Source: Guillardia theta CCMP2712
Lineage: Eukaryota > Protista > Cryptophyta
Length of the DNA stretch: 64,000 nt
Reading direction: 5' to 3'
Assembly (NCBI RefSeq): GCF_000315625.1
Contig: NW_005434541.1
Location: 122,669 to 186,668, forward strand
Within the stretch, counting starts at the first letter, position 1. The number at the start of each line of letters is the position of its first letter. A program made the position numbers and the translations under genes. Positions 11,819-24,945 of this stretch are shown in pieces. The notes below the pieces were generated by a model that was given only the letters and a program-made list of their open reading frames with translations, was not told the origin of the DNA and made no database searches.

Positions 11819-14800
11819 GTGCGGATCTTTCATGACGGCCACGAGGCATGCCTCCTCGCCGTGGAAGAGCGCATGCGTCTCTTGACATGAAGTCAGTCGG
11901 GGGTCAGGGACTGCCTTGCCGGGGTAATGGAGAGATGAAGCTCGTAGGAGCTGATGAATGATGGTGGTAGTGTTAAGAAAGCTCCTGGTCGTGCTCCTGC
12001 TGGCCCTGACGAGCGCGAAGAAGAAGCGGCATTCTACACGAGTGATGCCCATGAAGCAAACAAGTCAAGTCACTGACTGATCCTCAAGAATGCTCTCAAA
12101 GAAGCTTTCGACCTTCACCAGACTCAAAGGTGACTCTTATTGAAATCCTCTCCATGACATCATGTCTTACCGCTGTCAGGTATGCGGAAGCTGAAACCGC
12201 ATACAAACAAGCGATCGAGGTTTTCCGGAACAAGGTGAATGATGGAGACAGCAGGTAGATGAGAGGTCAACCCTTGCGATGCAAACCTTGTGCTTCAGTG
12301 TGTTGGAGCCCTACTCCATCGCTTGCCACAACCTCGCGCACATATCACATCATAACTTGCATAAGTCAGAAGCTGCGAGAGGTGTTTACTTTCCTTCATC
12401 TCAAATTTTCTACACGTATTCAAACCTGGTGTCTCGAATTTCATGCCCTTGAAAATTTTACCTTGTCGTCTCATAGAATTCTTCCTGGAGGCGACGAGAA
12501 TTTCTCCAAAATATTTCGAGGCCTATCACAACCTGGGTAACTCGGTCAGATCGTGAGTCCTGTCGCTCAGACTATCTTAGGTCAGGTGCTCCAGGATATG
12601 CAGAGATACCAAGAGGTGCACTGCAACTGATGAGGATGATGAGGAGGAGGTTGAGCTTCGCTTCTAGGCTATCACGTATTTCAAGATAGAGGCGAAGATT
12701 CGGCCTGGTAGCTAAGAAGCTTTCTTGCCGGGTATTGTTGACACGTGTTTGTGCGTGAAGACATCTCAGCCCCGTTACTGGCCGTGGCTTCCTGCTACAA
12801 TCATTTGAATGAAAGGGAGAAAGTATCGACACGAAAACCATGTCATCCATGATTGACGTCACAACTAGGCTGCTAAGTTCGCAGTGAAAGCAACCAAGCT
12901 GGATCCAACCAACACAGCTGCTTGGTGAGTGTCAGGCACAAGCGTTTCTACTCTCTTCAGATTAAGTTGAGTTCTCACGCCGTGGGGAAGGAATGGAGCT
13001 GGATGGTTTCTGCACTTGGCGGGTAGGGATGTACTTGAGCGACGATTAGGGTGACTAAAGAGAAAGGCCGTTCAAGAGATTCAGAGCGAGTTCTGAAGAA
13101 AGGAATCAGATTGCATCCAAGTGATGGCGGTGGTTTGGACCTTTCATCGGCTGACTCTTGGTGTTTGTAGACAACGCTCACATGTATCTCCATAGGTTTG
13201 AGACTGATTCGGTTCGAAGCTTTCAGTGACCCCTTGCAGAGGAAAGGCTTTGTCGGACCTTCACGACTGGGATGCTGCCGTAACATCAGCGGACAAAAGT
13301 ATTCCAATCTGAAGTTGAACATAAAGGCCTCCATGTTGCTCAAGTCCATCAAGCTGGAAAATAACAATCCGGAGTCGAAGCTGGCAAATAATACTTGTGT
13401 AAACACGCCGAAGTATGACACAGCTTGACAGCTGCTGGGAATGGTCTACTTTTCCAGTGCGGACAGGTATCGTCTATACAGCTGTTTCAGTCACTCAATC
13501 GCGAAGTGGGATCAAGAATGAAACTTCTGCTGTGTGGAAGCTGTGCAAGAGATAGTAAGTGGCGCTGCTTTTCAAACATCTCCTCATGACAACTTGTAGC
13601 CTACAAGAGGCTCTCAATGACGGACTGACGGGCAACAACGCATTGATTGCAATGAATCATATCGCACATGCTTCGTGGCAGGTAGAGGCAGCAAACGTTC
13701 CATTACCTGGAAGATGACGGGCCTTGACCGACAGCTCGGAGAGCATCAGCATGCACTTGGAGTTGTGGCTGCTGGGTTGAGAATGAATCCGAATTTCTGC
13801 GATCTCCACGTGCAGATTGTCTCCTTCAGGTTTTCATGCTGAGAGTCTTCCAGGTCAGGAGGCTGCAGCTGCAAATGATCGTCTGTAATTTCACAAACAT
13901 CGAGGAGGGTCGACGAGAAATTCTCCGGCTGGTCTCAGAGCAGGTTCCATGACTGAAATATGTTACCGTGAAGAGATTGATTTTGGTGTAGGTCAAACAA
14001 GGTCGGCCCCCGACCGTCAATCCTTTCACTCTGCTTGTACAAGCGACCTCTGCTCTACTCGCGATGACATTCGAGTAACTGCAATGGTGCAGATGTTGAA
14101 CATCGGGACGCCTCTCGACAGACTTTTCTTCTACAGAAAGTTCACCCTCGACAAGCAACTCGCTGCTACCCGGATGGTGGAATCGACGTTGGGGTCAAGG
14201 TTACGGAGGTTGTCAGTCGTTGAGCTCCGATGCGAGCTGACGAGGCACTACTAGGAATGGAGAACGAATAAGGGACCTTGAGACGTTTGCGATCAGAAAG
14301 TTGAAGATCGGCTTCTTGTCCGCCGACTTTCGCAGTCACCCCATGGGGTACATCATGTCCGACTTTTTCAAGGCAGCGAGAAGTGAGATGACGTGGCTTC
14401 AGGACTTTCAGGTCTCGTGCTCTCTCCTCGCCCCCTCTCTCTCGTTCACTCCTTGTAGGTGTTCGCGATCTCTTTGACTCAGGATGTCGATCATGTTGCA
14501 AGAGAGGTGCTGGCAGGGATCTGCTTCCTTTCCCCCAGTCTTTCGTGCGGTGTTTTACGAGAGTTCCTCTTGCTCTCATGATGGGCGTCTGTGTTCCTTC
14601 CGAAACCCTAAATCTATCCTTGGTTTACATTGTACAACATTTTTCAATCTCCCCTCTCTACGCGTCTCCTCTCCTCTCCTCTCCTCTCCTCTCCTCTCCT
14701 CTCCTCTCCTCTCCTCTCCTCTCCTCTCCTCTCCTCTCCTCTCCTCTCCTCTCCTCTCCATTGTTCTCGAATGTATCTTACAAACCAAACCAGGTCGAGC

Positions 14801-15873
14801 AAACAGTCGACGTGTTTCTTCGAGTTGGCCACCTAGACGACGAGAGGGCTGCGATAGAAATCCAGCAGCTGCGCCTGGACCTTGTGATTGAGTTGGGAGG
14901 GCACACTCGCGGCAGTCGGTTTCGTCTGCTCGCCCTCGACCTCGCCCCAGTTGTCATGCACTTTCAAGGGTCCATCAGCCTCCAGACTCGTCTCACTTCT
15001 CTGACTCTTATGCAGGTTTGCAGACACCATGGGGAGCGACTCTGTCCGTTACATGCTTGCTGACAAGGTCGTCGCGCCCCCTGAACTCCGCTCCTTGTAC
15101 AGCGAGCACCTCGTCTACCTCAGCCCCTCCTACCACTTCTACGCCCCCGAGCTCAATTGCTTCTCCGACTGGAATGCTGATGCTCCTCGTCGCAGCTCAG
15201 AGCGCGAGTTTCCGCTCTTTGACTCGCAGGTCAGTCCCGACCGCATAGAAGAGCACATGTGGCTGGCATGGACCCGCATCCTTCGCACCTCTCAGGGCAG
15301 CATCAGGCTCAGGCAGGGGCAGAACTCGCATGAGGAGCACGAGCTTCTGGAGGCGAACTTGAAGGCTGCGGCAGCTCGAGCAGGTCTATCTGCTTCCTCT
15401 CTTGTCTTTGTCCGGCAGATCCCGAGCAAGGAGGCTCACCTGCATCGTTTGGCGTCTGCTGATCTCTTCCTCGACACGGACTCATACTCTGCTCACTCTA
15501 CAGCCCTAGACGCTCTGTGGGCGGGGCTTCCTGTCCTCACTTTCCCTCGCGAATCGTTCTCAAGCCGCCCACCTAGCAGCTTCTTGCTCGCGTTGGGTGT
15601 GGGAGAGCTTGTGGCGAGAGGGTTGGGAGAGTATGAGGCGATGGCCAAGAGCCTCGCTAACAGTACTGGTGTAATGCAACGCTGGAGAGAGAAAGTGTGG
15701 GCTCGGAGGATGCAGTCGACCTTTTTCGACTCCAGGAAGAAGTTGCGGCAGATGAGGGTATGTCCGTGAGGGTGCTATGCAGTGGTGACCTCACCGACGC
15801 ACTACAGGCGGCTTTCAGGATGACGTGGGAAATTGGAGAGGACATGCACATCGTTGTAAGTGAGAACATCTAA
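11819..15873 (+). CDS. TPR-containing GT41 glycosyltransferase (O-GlcNAc transferase / SPINDLY-like); 5' end uncertain
   Basis: TPR-like exons (YAEAETAYKQAIE, ATKLDPTNTAAW), IGFLSADFRSHPMG at ~14310, LDLVIELGGHTRG, ADLFLDTDSYSAHSTALDALWAGLPVLT. Confidence 0.8.
14666..14759. repeat. (CTCCT)n microsatellite in an intron
   Basis: Direct reading of the sequence. Confidence 0.95.
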
Positions 15874-17096
15874 AGATCTGACAATCCAAGCAAAGGAGCT
15901 AGTAGGATCAAGACACTAAGTTAAGGATCAAGACACGTAGTTAAGGATCAAGACACGTTGTGAAGGATCAAGACACGTGGTTGTGAAGGGTCAAGGAACC
16001 GGTCACTTCCTTTCCCTTATCTGCTGGCGGCTGCACACCGAAAAATGTTGCCCTACGAAGCTTAACAATCTTCTTCGTGACGTGGCAGCATAGCGCTACG
16101 GCTACCTGGTCTTGTCGGGGAAATAATTCCCATGTCTCACCCTCTAAAACCAAGTCGCGCTCAGTGTTATACATGGCTGAGTAGTGAGGCAGTTCTGACT
16201 GGATGGCTGAAAAAAAAAGCACCAGAGATCAAGTGAGACAACAACATCCACTGTGAGACAACAACATCCACTGTGATCATGTGAATCTGCTAGCTGTTTG
16301 GGAGGAGAGACAATTCAAGATCAACTTGGCATTTCAATCCCAATCACGCTTTGTGGTTTTGAGGTTCTCAGACTTAGAGAAAGGCGGCAGTTCCCCTGTA
16401 CCAGTGGGAAGGAGCAGGAACGGTGTATCCCATACCAGCCTTGGAAGGATCAGCGAACATGCCACTGAGCTCTCCCGGGGAAGGAAGGCAGGAGGTCTCA
16501 GATCCACCAACGCAGTTGTGGGGAGCATCTAAACGAAACAAGTTCACGAGAAAATTAGAAAGCGCAACCAATTAATTCACTTACACATGTTGTTGGTGAT
16601 CTCAGGTCCGGCACCGAGAGCAGAAAGTGGGACGAGAGCGAAGATCTGAGTTTCATAGAAATTAGAAAACAGACGCAAATGGATCGAACTCGAAACAGAC
16701 AGCTCCGGCACCGAAGGTCAGAAATGACAATCATCGAAAGAAGGCGAGCAGGTACAGCAGAAGGCGAACAGTTTGGAGATGAGCGCATGCAAGGACTCAA
16801 ACCATCACATTTCACAACTTTCATCTCCGACAAGACTCCCTCCCTCCCTCCCTCCGTCGCTCCGGCGCGTTCCTCTGCTCACCATTGTAGACCTGACGAT
16901 TCGTACACGCCGAAGAGTCAGTGTTCTTGTACCCCACGTTCATACCTACCCCTCCCTCTTGGATTGTTTCAACTTTTTGGACCCCATAATGTCCCCAAAT
17001 AGTACCCCACCTTTGAGCAAGTCATTATCGTTGGGTTGAAAAGGACCCCATCATTTTGACATACCCACCCCTGGGCTTCGAATCTCCGACACCGAG

Positions 17097-17126
17097 TTTA
17101 GGGTTTAGGGTTTAGAGGGTTTAGGG
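17097..17126 (+). repeat. Short interstitial telomeric repeat (TTTAGGG) about x4
   Basis: TTTAGGGTTTAGGGTTTAGAGGGTTTAGGG. Confidence 0.85.
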
Positions 17127-19231
17127 AGAAAATTGACCGTGAAACCTGCTCCTCCCCCCAATGACTACCCCTACCCCCCCACTAACCTTCAATCGCTATC
17201 TGTAGGTGGGTACAAGAAATATCTATTAGTCTATTGTTGATGGTACACAAATCTTAAGAAAATTTACCTGTTGTCGTACAGATTAAAATATTTTATTTAG
17301 TTCTAGATTTTAAACCCACATCGCCTCTGAGCAACATCTGTACCCATATTCTATAGGGTAGTACGATATCAAATCGGTGGTGGGGGTGGAGGAGTGGGAT
17401 GGTAGGGTGGGGTTATACAGGAAGTAAAACCATGCCCGTGGTGGGGTACCCCTGGGTGTTATTTTTTCAAAGGGGCAATTCACTGAGACCGAGCGCGAGC
17501 GAGCGATTGGGTGGGTACCCTTGGCTAATACAGCGGTAGGGTAGTTTGCACCTGAGGGGTGGGTGATACACCGAAGAAACAGCGAAGAGTCAAGGAGATG
17601 GCGGCGGGAAGTCGAAATGAGACAGCGGGAGGGAGCGAAGGGATGAAGGAGAGTGGAGGGAGGATAGAAGGAGGAATAGAATGTCCGATTAAGCACGCCC
17701 AGGATCCAATCAATTGATGAAAACACAACTCAAATACATTGATGACTGCGATGGAGGTCGGATTGTTCGGATGAGATGCGGAGGGAGCGAGGAATGCTCG
17801 TTGCAGAATGAACAGTGCTGAGTTTTGAAGAGAAGGGACATTACAAGTGCCACATTTATGCCACGATACACCTGTGCATTGCAAGAATGACTGTGGTAGG
17901 AAGAGGGAACATTATGTTGTCATGTTGTGCGTGTGGTCATTCCATGAACCTTGCTTGCAGTATGCTCTTCAAGATTGTCCCTCTTGCTGCTCTCGGAGCT
18001 GGCCCTGAAATCACCAACAACATGGGTACAAATGGCACTGCTTACTATTTTGCGGGTGTAACTCAGTCGCAGCTGCCGTCCACAACTGCGTCGGCGGATC
18101 CGAGACCAGCTGCTTGCCTCCTCCTGGCGAGCTCGCTGTGATGTTCGCTGATCCCTCCAAGGCTGGACTTGGATACACCGTTCCTCCTCCTGCTCACTGG
18201 TACAAGTCTCAGGTTGCCATCTTGTAAGACTGAAAATGTCAGTCGTCAAGTCTTGTATTTGAGACGCTATGTACTTCATATAAATTTCGTTACATGATTT
18301 GTGAGATGTTATGTTCTGAGATAACCTTTGGCCCTGTTCCCGTCAAGTCGCAGAGTCCACAAATTCGATTTGCTGCGACTCATTGTGTCACATATCATCC
18401 CCCTAGACTCCTCACTGAGGCTCTAGTCACCTCAGTATGATCAACCTAGTCATGCTGAACGGTCACAAGCAACCGTCCGCTAGACCTGCTGAAAGTTGAA
18501 ACTTACAGTGTCAGGGTCTCCTACTATGATCGTGATTGGAAGATTTAAGTTTGTAGTACCACTAGTATCATCACGGTCACGGCAGTGTACGCGGCAGCGG
18601 ATGATCTGACTCGGACTCGGACTCGACTATTAAATAAGTTGCCGCCTCCAGGCTCCCCCTCCGTGATCGGAGTCACAGTGACGTAGCCTACTTACGGTCG
18701 CCGGGCCGCCGCCGGGCAAAACTCAGTAGTACGGTACCGGCGGCACTGAAACCGTTGCCAGGAACCGTTGAACCGGCGGACGGCCCTTCACCGAAGCCCG
18801 GCGGGTTTCAGCCTGGCACTGCGGCAGGGGGCCCTGGGACTCAGTGACTCGGGAATACCGTACTGCAGAAAGACTGCGGCCGCCGTGCAGCGGCGTACGG
18901 TACCTCAGCCTAGTACCGGGCGCCGCGTACCGTCCCTGGCACTGTTAGTTTTAACTTAACTTTGAAGCCTACAGCCAGTACGGCCGCACAGGCTGCCACT
19001 CTGAGGCGGCCTCAGGCTGGCCGCATTTCACTCCGAGTCAAGTATCCCGAGTCATGCCACGGTATGGGCCGGGGCCGGGGCCCGGCCGGGCCCAGGTTGG
19101 CGAGGTCACTGAGTCAAGTGACTGTAGAACTAGAACAAGTGTATCAACATGTGCATGGAGGACGGGGGAAGCCATGAGGCCAGTCGGATCTCCTCTCAAG
19201 TCGCTTCCACCATAACCGCGCAAGCCCCCCA

Positions 19232-19232
19232 A

Positions 19233-19286
<54 letters not shown>

Positions 19287-19312
19287 AATGCTAATGCTCC
19301 TGCTCCTGCTAA

Positions 19313-19358
<46 letters not shown>
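19232..19358. repeat. (CCTGCT)n microsatellite
   Basis: Direct reading of the sequence. Confidence 0.95.
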
Positions 19359-19359
<1 letters not shown>

Positions 19360-19797
19360 ATATGCAATATCCTCATCATCATCCACGCCATTATCCAGAT
19401 CTTCACGCCACCAACTCCATTACCATTACTGTCAACACCGCCAACACAATTCTTCACCTTTCTTGCTTTCTTTCTCTAGCTCTGTGCCTTCAATTTCGTG
19501 GCAGTTCTTATTGGAGTATCCTGTAGCTGATATTGCTCATCAGTGCAGGTCGTGAACGCCTCCGACTGCCCCCGTGTCCTCGCAACGTGGAGACGCTGCC
19601 TCGCATCCTCCCTCATTAGTCATTTTCCTGATACCTCGCAACCAACAGAAGTGTCGCAGTCACTCGACCGTCTCCTCCTCCTCCTCCTAATCCTACTCCT
19701 TCCCCTCCTCTCACAGTCCTCTGTCTCTGGTTCACCTCCACGCAGCCTCTCTGGTGGACGGCGTGGAGGCCTTGTCCCGCCGGCTGAAAGCTCTGAG

Positions 19798-22117
19798 ATG
19801 AAGACCAAGGATTCGAGCAAGAAACGGAAAAGAATCGACGACGATTCCGAAGAACATGTGAAGGGTAAGACTGGGATGGAAAGGGATTCCGACTCACTGA
19901 AACCTGGCGCGCTGAATGATTCCGAGTCCGATCAAATGTTGAGGTCGAAGAAGGAAAAGAAGAAGCAAAAGGCTCAGAGAAAACTTAAGATCGTGCAAGA
20001 CAGTCAGGAGGTGGTGGAGGAGGAGGTCAATGAGCAGACGAAGGATAAGAAGAAGAAAAAGAAGAAAAAGGAGTCTTCTGAATTGAAAACGTACACAGAA
20101 GACAAGGATGTATCTGTGCAAGTCAAGATTGAGAAGAAGGATAAGAAGAAGAACAAGAAGAAAGAGACGATGGAGGAGGAAGACGATGGAAGCAATGACA
20201 AGGATTCAGAAGAAGAGACAGAGAGAAAGAAAATAAAAAGAGACAAGCAGAAGAATCTGAAGAAGAAGCAGAAGAAGCAGAGCAGCGAGAGCGAAGAGGA
20301 CGAAGATTCTCATAACAGGACAAGAGAAGGTGTCGAGTCCCCGACATCGCAACCAGCGCTTGTACGACACTCATTTGAAACGACCGACGCTGACCACGCG
20401 GAGACGCCAAGAGAAGCATATGAACACATCCTGCCGCTGCTTCACAAGATGGCAGAGGCAGCGAGCAAGAAGCCGTCGGAGCTACGCATCTACGACCCTT
20501 TCTTCTGCACGGGCTCCATGAAGCGACACCTGGCCAGCCTGGGCTTCACCAACGTCTACAACAAGAACGAAGACTTCTATGAGATGGTGAAGAGCAAGAG
20601 AATCCCCGAGCACGACATGGTCGTCACCAACCCTCCTTACTCCCTCGACCACATCCCTCGCTTCCTCCGCTGGCTCAGCGTCAACGACAAGCCCTGGCTT
20701 CTCCTCGTGCCTAACTACGTCTACACCAAGGACTACTTCTCCTCCTCCCTTCGCGGCCGCCTCCCCATGTTTCTCACGCCTCCTGGTCGCTACGTCTATG
20801 AGAGCCCCAAGCACGTGGCCAACGCGCAGGGCCAGGTGAGCAAACGAGCTAGAGAAGGAGGAAAAGCAGATGTGGGGAGAGCATGGATGAAGTGAAGAGC
20901 ACAAGGAGCAGAGCCCTGATGGAGGTTGTGCCAGATACGTAAGAGTGGAGAGCATAAGACAGCCCCTTATGTGAGCTTCTGGTACGTCGAGACACGGTGA
21001 GTTCTTCCTGTCTCTCCTCTGCTCGGTCCCACCACACTTTTTTCAGCTCCCCCTCCAACTCCCCCCTCCCCCCCCTCTTTGTCTGTCCCTCCCCTCCCCT
21101 CCTCCCTCCTGCCCGCTCTCTTGCTCGATTTGTGATGTGCCTACAATTTTTGATCTACCTGCGGACCCCCTCAATGTCTCTCCTTCGCTTTTGTCCTTTG
21201 CTTGCTTCTCATCGTCTAACTGTAATGAAAACAGTCCCATCATTCAGCCCAATCAGGTTCACACCTGGTGGATGGCAGAAAAAATGTTTGACAAGACAAA
21301 CTGCCGGTGATGATATAATCCCAGCTACCCTCCTCTCTGTCCTTGAACCGCATCATCGTTCTCTTCTTACTACTCTCTTCAAATCTCCTCGCTTTCCTTC
21401 CACTACTTTGTCTTTCTCGTCCTATTACTCTCTTTAGACCTTTCTCCCTTCTCCTCTTTACTCCCCATTCTCATCTATCCAGTATTCACGATCAGAATCC
21501 TTGGCTCTCTCTAGGAATCATCTGTCCCTGCGGTTGGACTTGTCACTAACTCTCATGAATTCGTTCTTTCTCACTTTCCATCCTCTGTCAAATCTTCATA
21601 TTGTTCCTTCTCCTTCTCCTCCTCCTGCAACTGCTCCACCTTATCCTTCTCTTCTTTATGCTACTCCTGCTCTTCTTCTTGCTTCTCATGCTCCTCCTCC
21701 TGCTCTCTCCTTCCGTTCTCCCCTGCAGGTTGTGCAAGAATGTGGAGCAGCTGCCTGCCAACATGAGAGACTCGTTCGATCCTCTCCGCAAGGTTCGACT
21801 TGCTTTCCCGTGCCTGCCTCATCGAGTGAATCTCAGCGACTGCCCAAGCACATGAGGAAAGCGATGAAGAAGTCGCACACAGCAGATGGCAGGTTGATTC
21901 TGCTGCCCTCCTCCTTCGCTCCTCTTTGCTTCTCCTCCCTTGTCCTTCTCAGTCCCATCCTCTCGTTCTTGAGCGTTATCCCTCCTGCACTTCCTCTGCT
22001 CGTCTCTCTTCACCCAAACTAGCCGTACCTTCTTATGTTCCTCACCTCGCAGGCCGCTGTGCAAGCAGTGCGGACAAGTCCACGGCAATTGCAAGCACAC
22101 GCGACAGTGATAGATGA
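19798..22117 (+). CDS. Putative N6-adenine/amino methyltransferase (NPPY motif) with K/E-rich N-terminus; 3' exons approximate
   Basis: IYDPFFCTG (SAM-binding motif I-like) followed by VVTNPPYS (motif IV). Confidence 0.7.
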
Positions 22118-22122
22118 CTACG

Positions 22123-22124
22123 AG

Positions 22125-22206
<82 letters not shown>
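22123..22206. repeat. (AGGAGC)n microsatellite
   Basis: Direct reading of the sequence. Confidence 0.95.
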
Positions 22207-22393
22207 AAGAAATGCGGCAGGAGGGGATTACACTTGATTTTGTTAAAGAAGAGTGGTCAAGCCTACTAGCAGCTTGGGGTGTGACAGGCAACTTGAAATG
22301 ACGTTGGCAGTCGGCAGCTGAAATCCGAAAGTTTGCGGGATGTTTGTTGTACACCAGCTGGGAGAGTGGAGGAGGCAGCAGATGCCAGTGAAA

Positions 22394-24945
22394 TCAATCG
22401 CACTTGATGCTGCAGAGAAGTAAGTTGAAGCACATGCGAAACTTGAAGGAAGAGCGTGGAGGATGGTAAACAGGCAGCGGGAGAGAGCCAAGAATAATCA
22501 GAGGAGGAGAAAACAAGCAACAAGCACGAGCATGCAAAACGAGGATTCACGCACCACAAGGAACTAGAAAGGATGATGCAGCAGGGAAAACAGAGAAAGA
22601 GGAACAGGGATTGGGAAAGAGGAATTGATGGCAAAGCTGGAGATAAGGGAGAGAAGAGCGGTGGATGTTGAGGCAGATGCAGATGTAGAGAGTGGGGATG
22701 TTGGCAGGTACTGACCAGCGGTAGATGTAGCGGACAAAGGCGAGGGCAGAGAAGAAACCAACAGTTCCGAGCATGAGGAAAGCGCCATAGCAGACCATGC
22801 TCATGTACCTAGCACTAGCATCAGGCGCTGAAATCTTCCCTCCCTCCTCGTCCTCTCACCCAAAGAAGAAGGAAGTTTGCATGAAACCTGTCATATGAGC
22901 TTTGAACCTGCAAGATGTCAGGTCAGGGGCAACAGAATGACGAATAGGTCGACGAAGGAGCAAGAAAGGACAGTCCACAAGAAGGAAGCAACCGAAACGG
23001 GGGAAAGCGAAACAGCAGCCAGGAGGAAAAAGAAGAGGTACCGGAAGTAATAGAAGCAATAGGCAAAGATAAAGAAGCCTGTCGATCCTCCGCTGAAGAT
23101 GCTCCTCCACCACCACCTGTAGTCCTCCACCGCCAGCTGGAAGTATGTCAAGGCGATGGTGATGAAGGAGGTAACGATGATGAGGATAAGGAAGACGAGG
23201 AGGAGGATCCCGTAGAGGGAGTAGAGCTGCCTGCCCCACACAGAGGCGAAGACATAGTAGAGCTCGATGTAAATGGCGCTGAAGGGGAGGAACCCAGCCA
23301 TCACCATCTGGTAGGGTGCCTGTCTGTGCCAGTGGAGAGGAGGAATCTCTCGAGGAAGTTTGTTGGTTCTGCACGGAGCCTCAAACGGGCCCGCGAAGTT
23401 TCGCCCAGAGATTCCGCCAACGATGTTGAGAGGGAAGCTGACGAGAGTTAAGATGAGGAGAATAATGACAACGGTTCCAAAGGGAAGAGCAGCCGACGAG
23501 TTGTAGGCGACTGCAACAAAGTTGAGGAAGGTTGCCATTATGAAGAAGGGGCCAAGAAAGAGCAAGTAAGAGGTGACAAGCGCCCAGACCCAATTGGATC
23601 CCTCGATCTTGGTGTAAAGGTTACCGGCGACATATCCATTTATGCCCGATGTCAGCGCAAAGATCAGCAGGGCTGCTACCAGCAGGGCCCCGCGGTTGTA
23701 CCTCGTGTAAGGCCCGAGGCATGCGAGGAAGAGCACTCCAAGGCACATGCACAGCAGCTGAGCTCCATTGCCAAGGACGGCAGCGAAAAGCTCCTTGTGC
23801 TGGGGGAACCTGAAGACGTCGCCATTGACGAGCTTCCAGCCACTCTCATCCTGATCCATCCCTGTCTCCTCCTCCATGTGCGCATACCGAGCAAAGTCGT
23901 TCTTCAACACTCGCATCAGAATGGTCGCAAGGAAGCCGGTCAGCAGGAGGACGGTGACGATGGAATTGAAGATTGAGAACCATCGGATCTCAAGGTGCTG
24001 ATGCGGAGACTCCTTGTGCTCTAGCACGTGGTCGCGTGTCTTGTGTACAGACTTAACCCACCTCGCGGAGTACATGAAGTGAACGTCGATTGGATTCGTC
24101 GAGTCCGTGATGTCAAGGTTCTGCTCTGGATCGTGTTCCCAGGTTATCTCCAGGATCTCCTCACCATTGTGTGCAATGGTGAAGATGTAGTTGGTGAACA
24201 GACTGTACATAGTCACGTTCTCGCCGTTCACAAGCTCGGAAGACTTGTCGCCGATGAAGCCCCAAAGAGGAATGTCATCTGATGAGCAAGAAAACGTTCA
24301 CAGCAGGCACTGGCGCAAGGAAGCATTTGCTACCATAGATAAACTCGAAGTAGTAGTCCTCGTCAATTGCCCGCTGGAACATCTCAATCTCCTTGGGCTT
24401 AAGAGTATAGGAACATAATGTTCTGGACTCGAAGGGAACTAGAAGTCACCACGTCAGAAGATACCACTCGTCCTATCAGCTTACTCAAGAAGGGAAGTGC
24501 AAACAGCGTCTTCATCATCCTGTCTCCGACAAGGATCTCCCCAAGATGATGAGGTTTCCTCTCCTCTTCCTGCGAACGTCCATTTTTATCATCTTCGATT
24601 TCTTTTTCTTGGCCATCACCATCACCATCTCTCCTCACTTCCTACATATCTTACTCCCTTGATGTGTTCGTCCCCTGGTCTCCTTCTGTCTAGACTACTA
24701 CTCCTTCTTCACGTCACAATTGGGAGTACATACCTTGGGCGCGCAAAAAGGAAGGGTATAGTACTCGTACTGGAACAACCGGGGTCAAGAATGCGGGGTG
24801 GATGGTAAGCGAGGCTCACTTGTTCAGAAGGATTTCCATAGGGTCCAACCTACCCGAACAAGTCACGTACAGCATGTTGATTCAACAACTGTGATCTACC
24901 TTGTTCGCGTAAAGAGGAACATTATCCCCTCGACGATATTTCGAG
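22394..24945 (-). CDS. Transmembrane 9 superfamily protein (nonaspanin/EMP70, TM9SF1-like); start lies further upstream
   Basis: GDNVPLYANK|VGPYGNPSE, IRWFSIFNS, ESGWKLVNGDVFRFP, PCRTNKLPREIP, GFLPFSAIYIELYY, EDYRWWWRS, spliced C-terminus YIYRCIKCD. Confidence 0.92.

Noticed and set aside
19232-22206. (CCTGCT)n and (AGGAGC)n as terminal inverted repeats around the methyltransferase gene
   Set aside because: Both are simple microsatellites; no transposase or target-site duplication is visible
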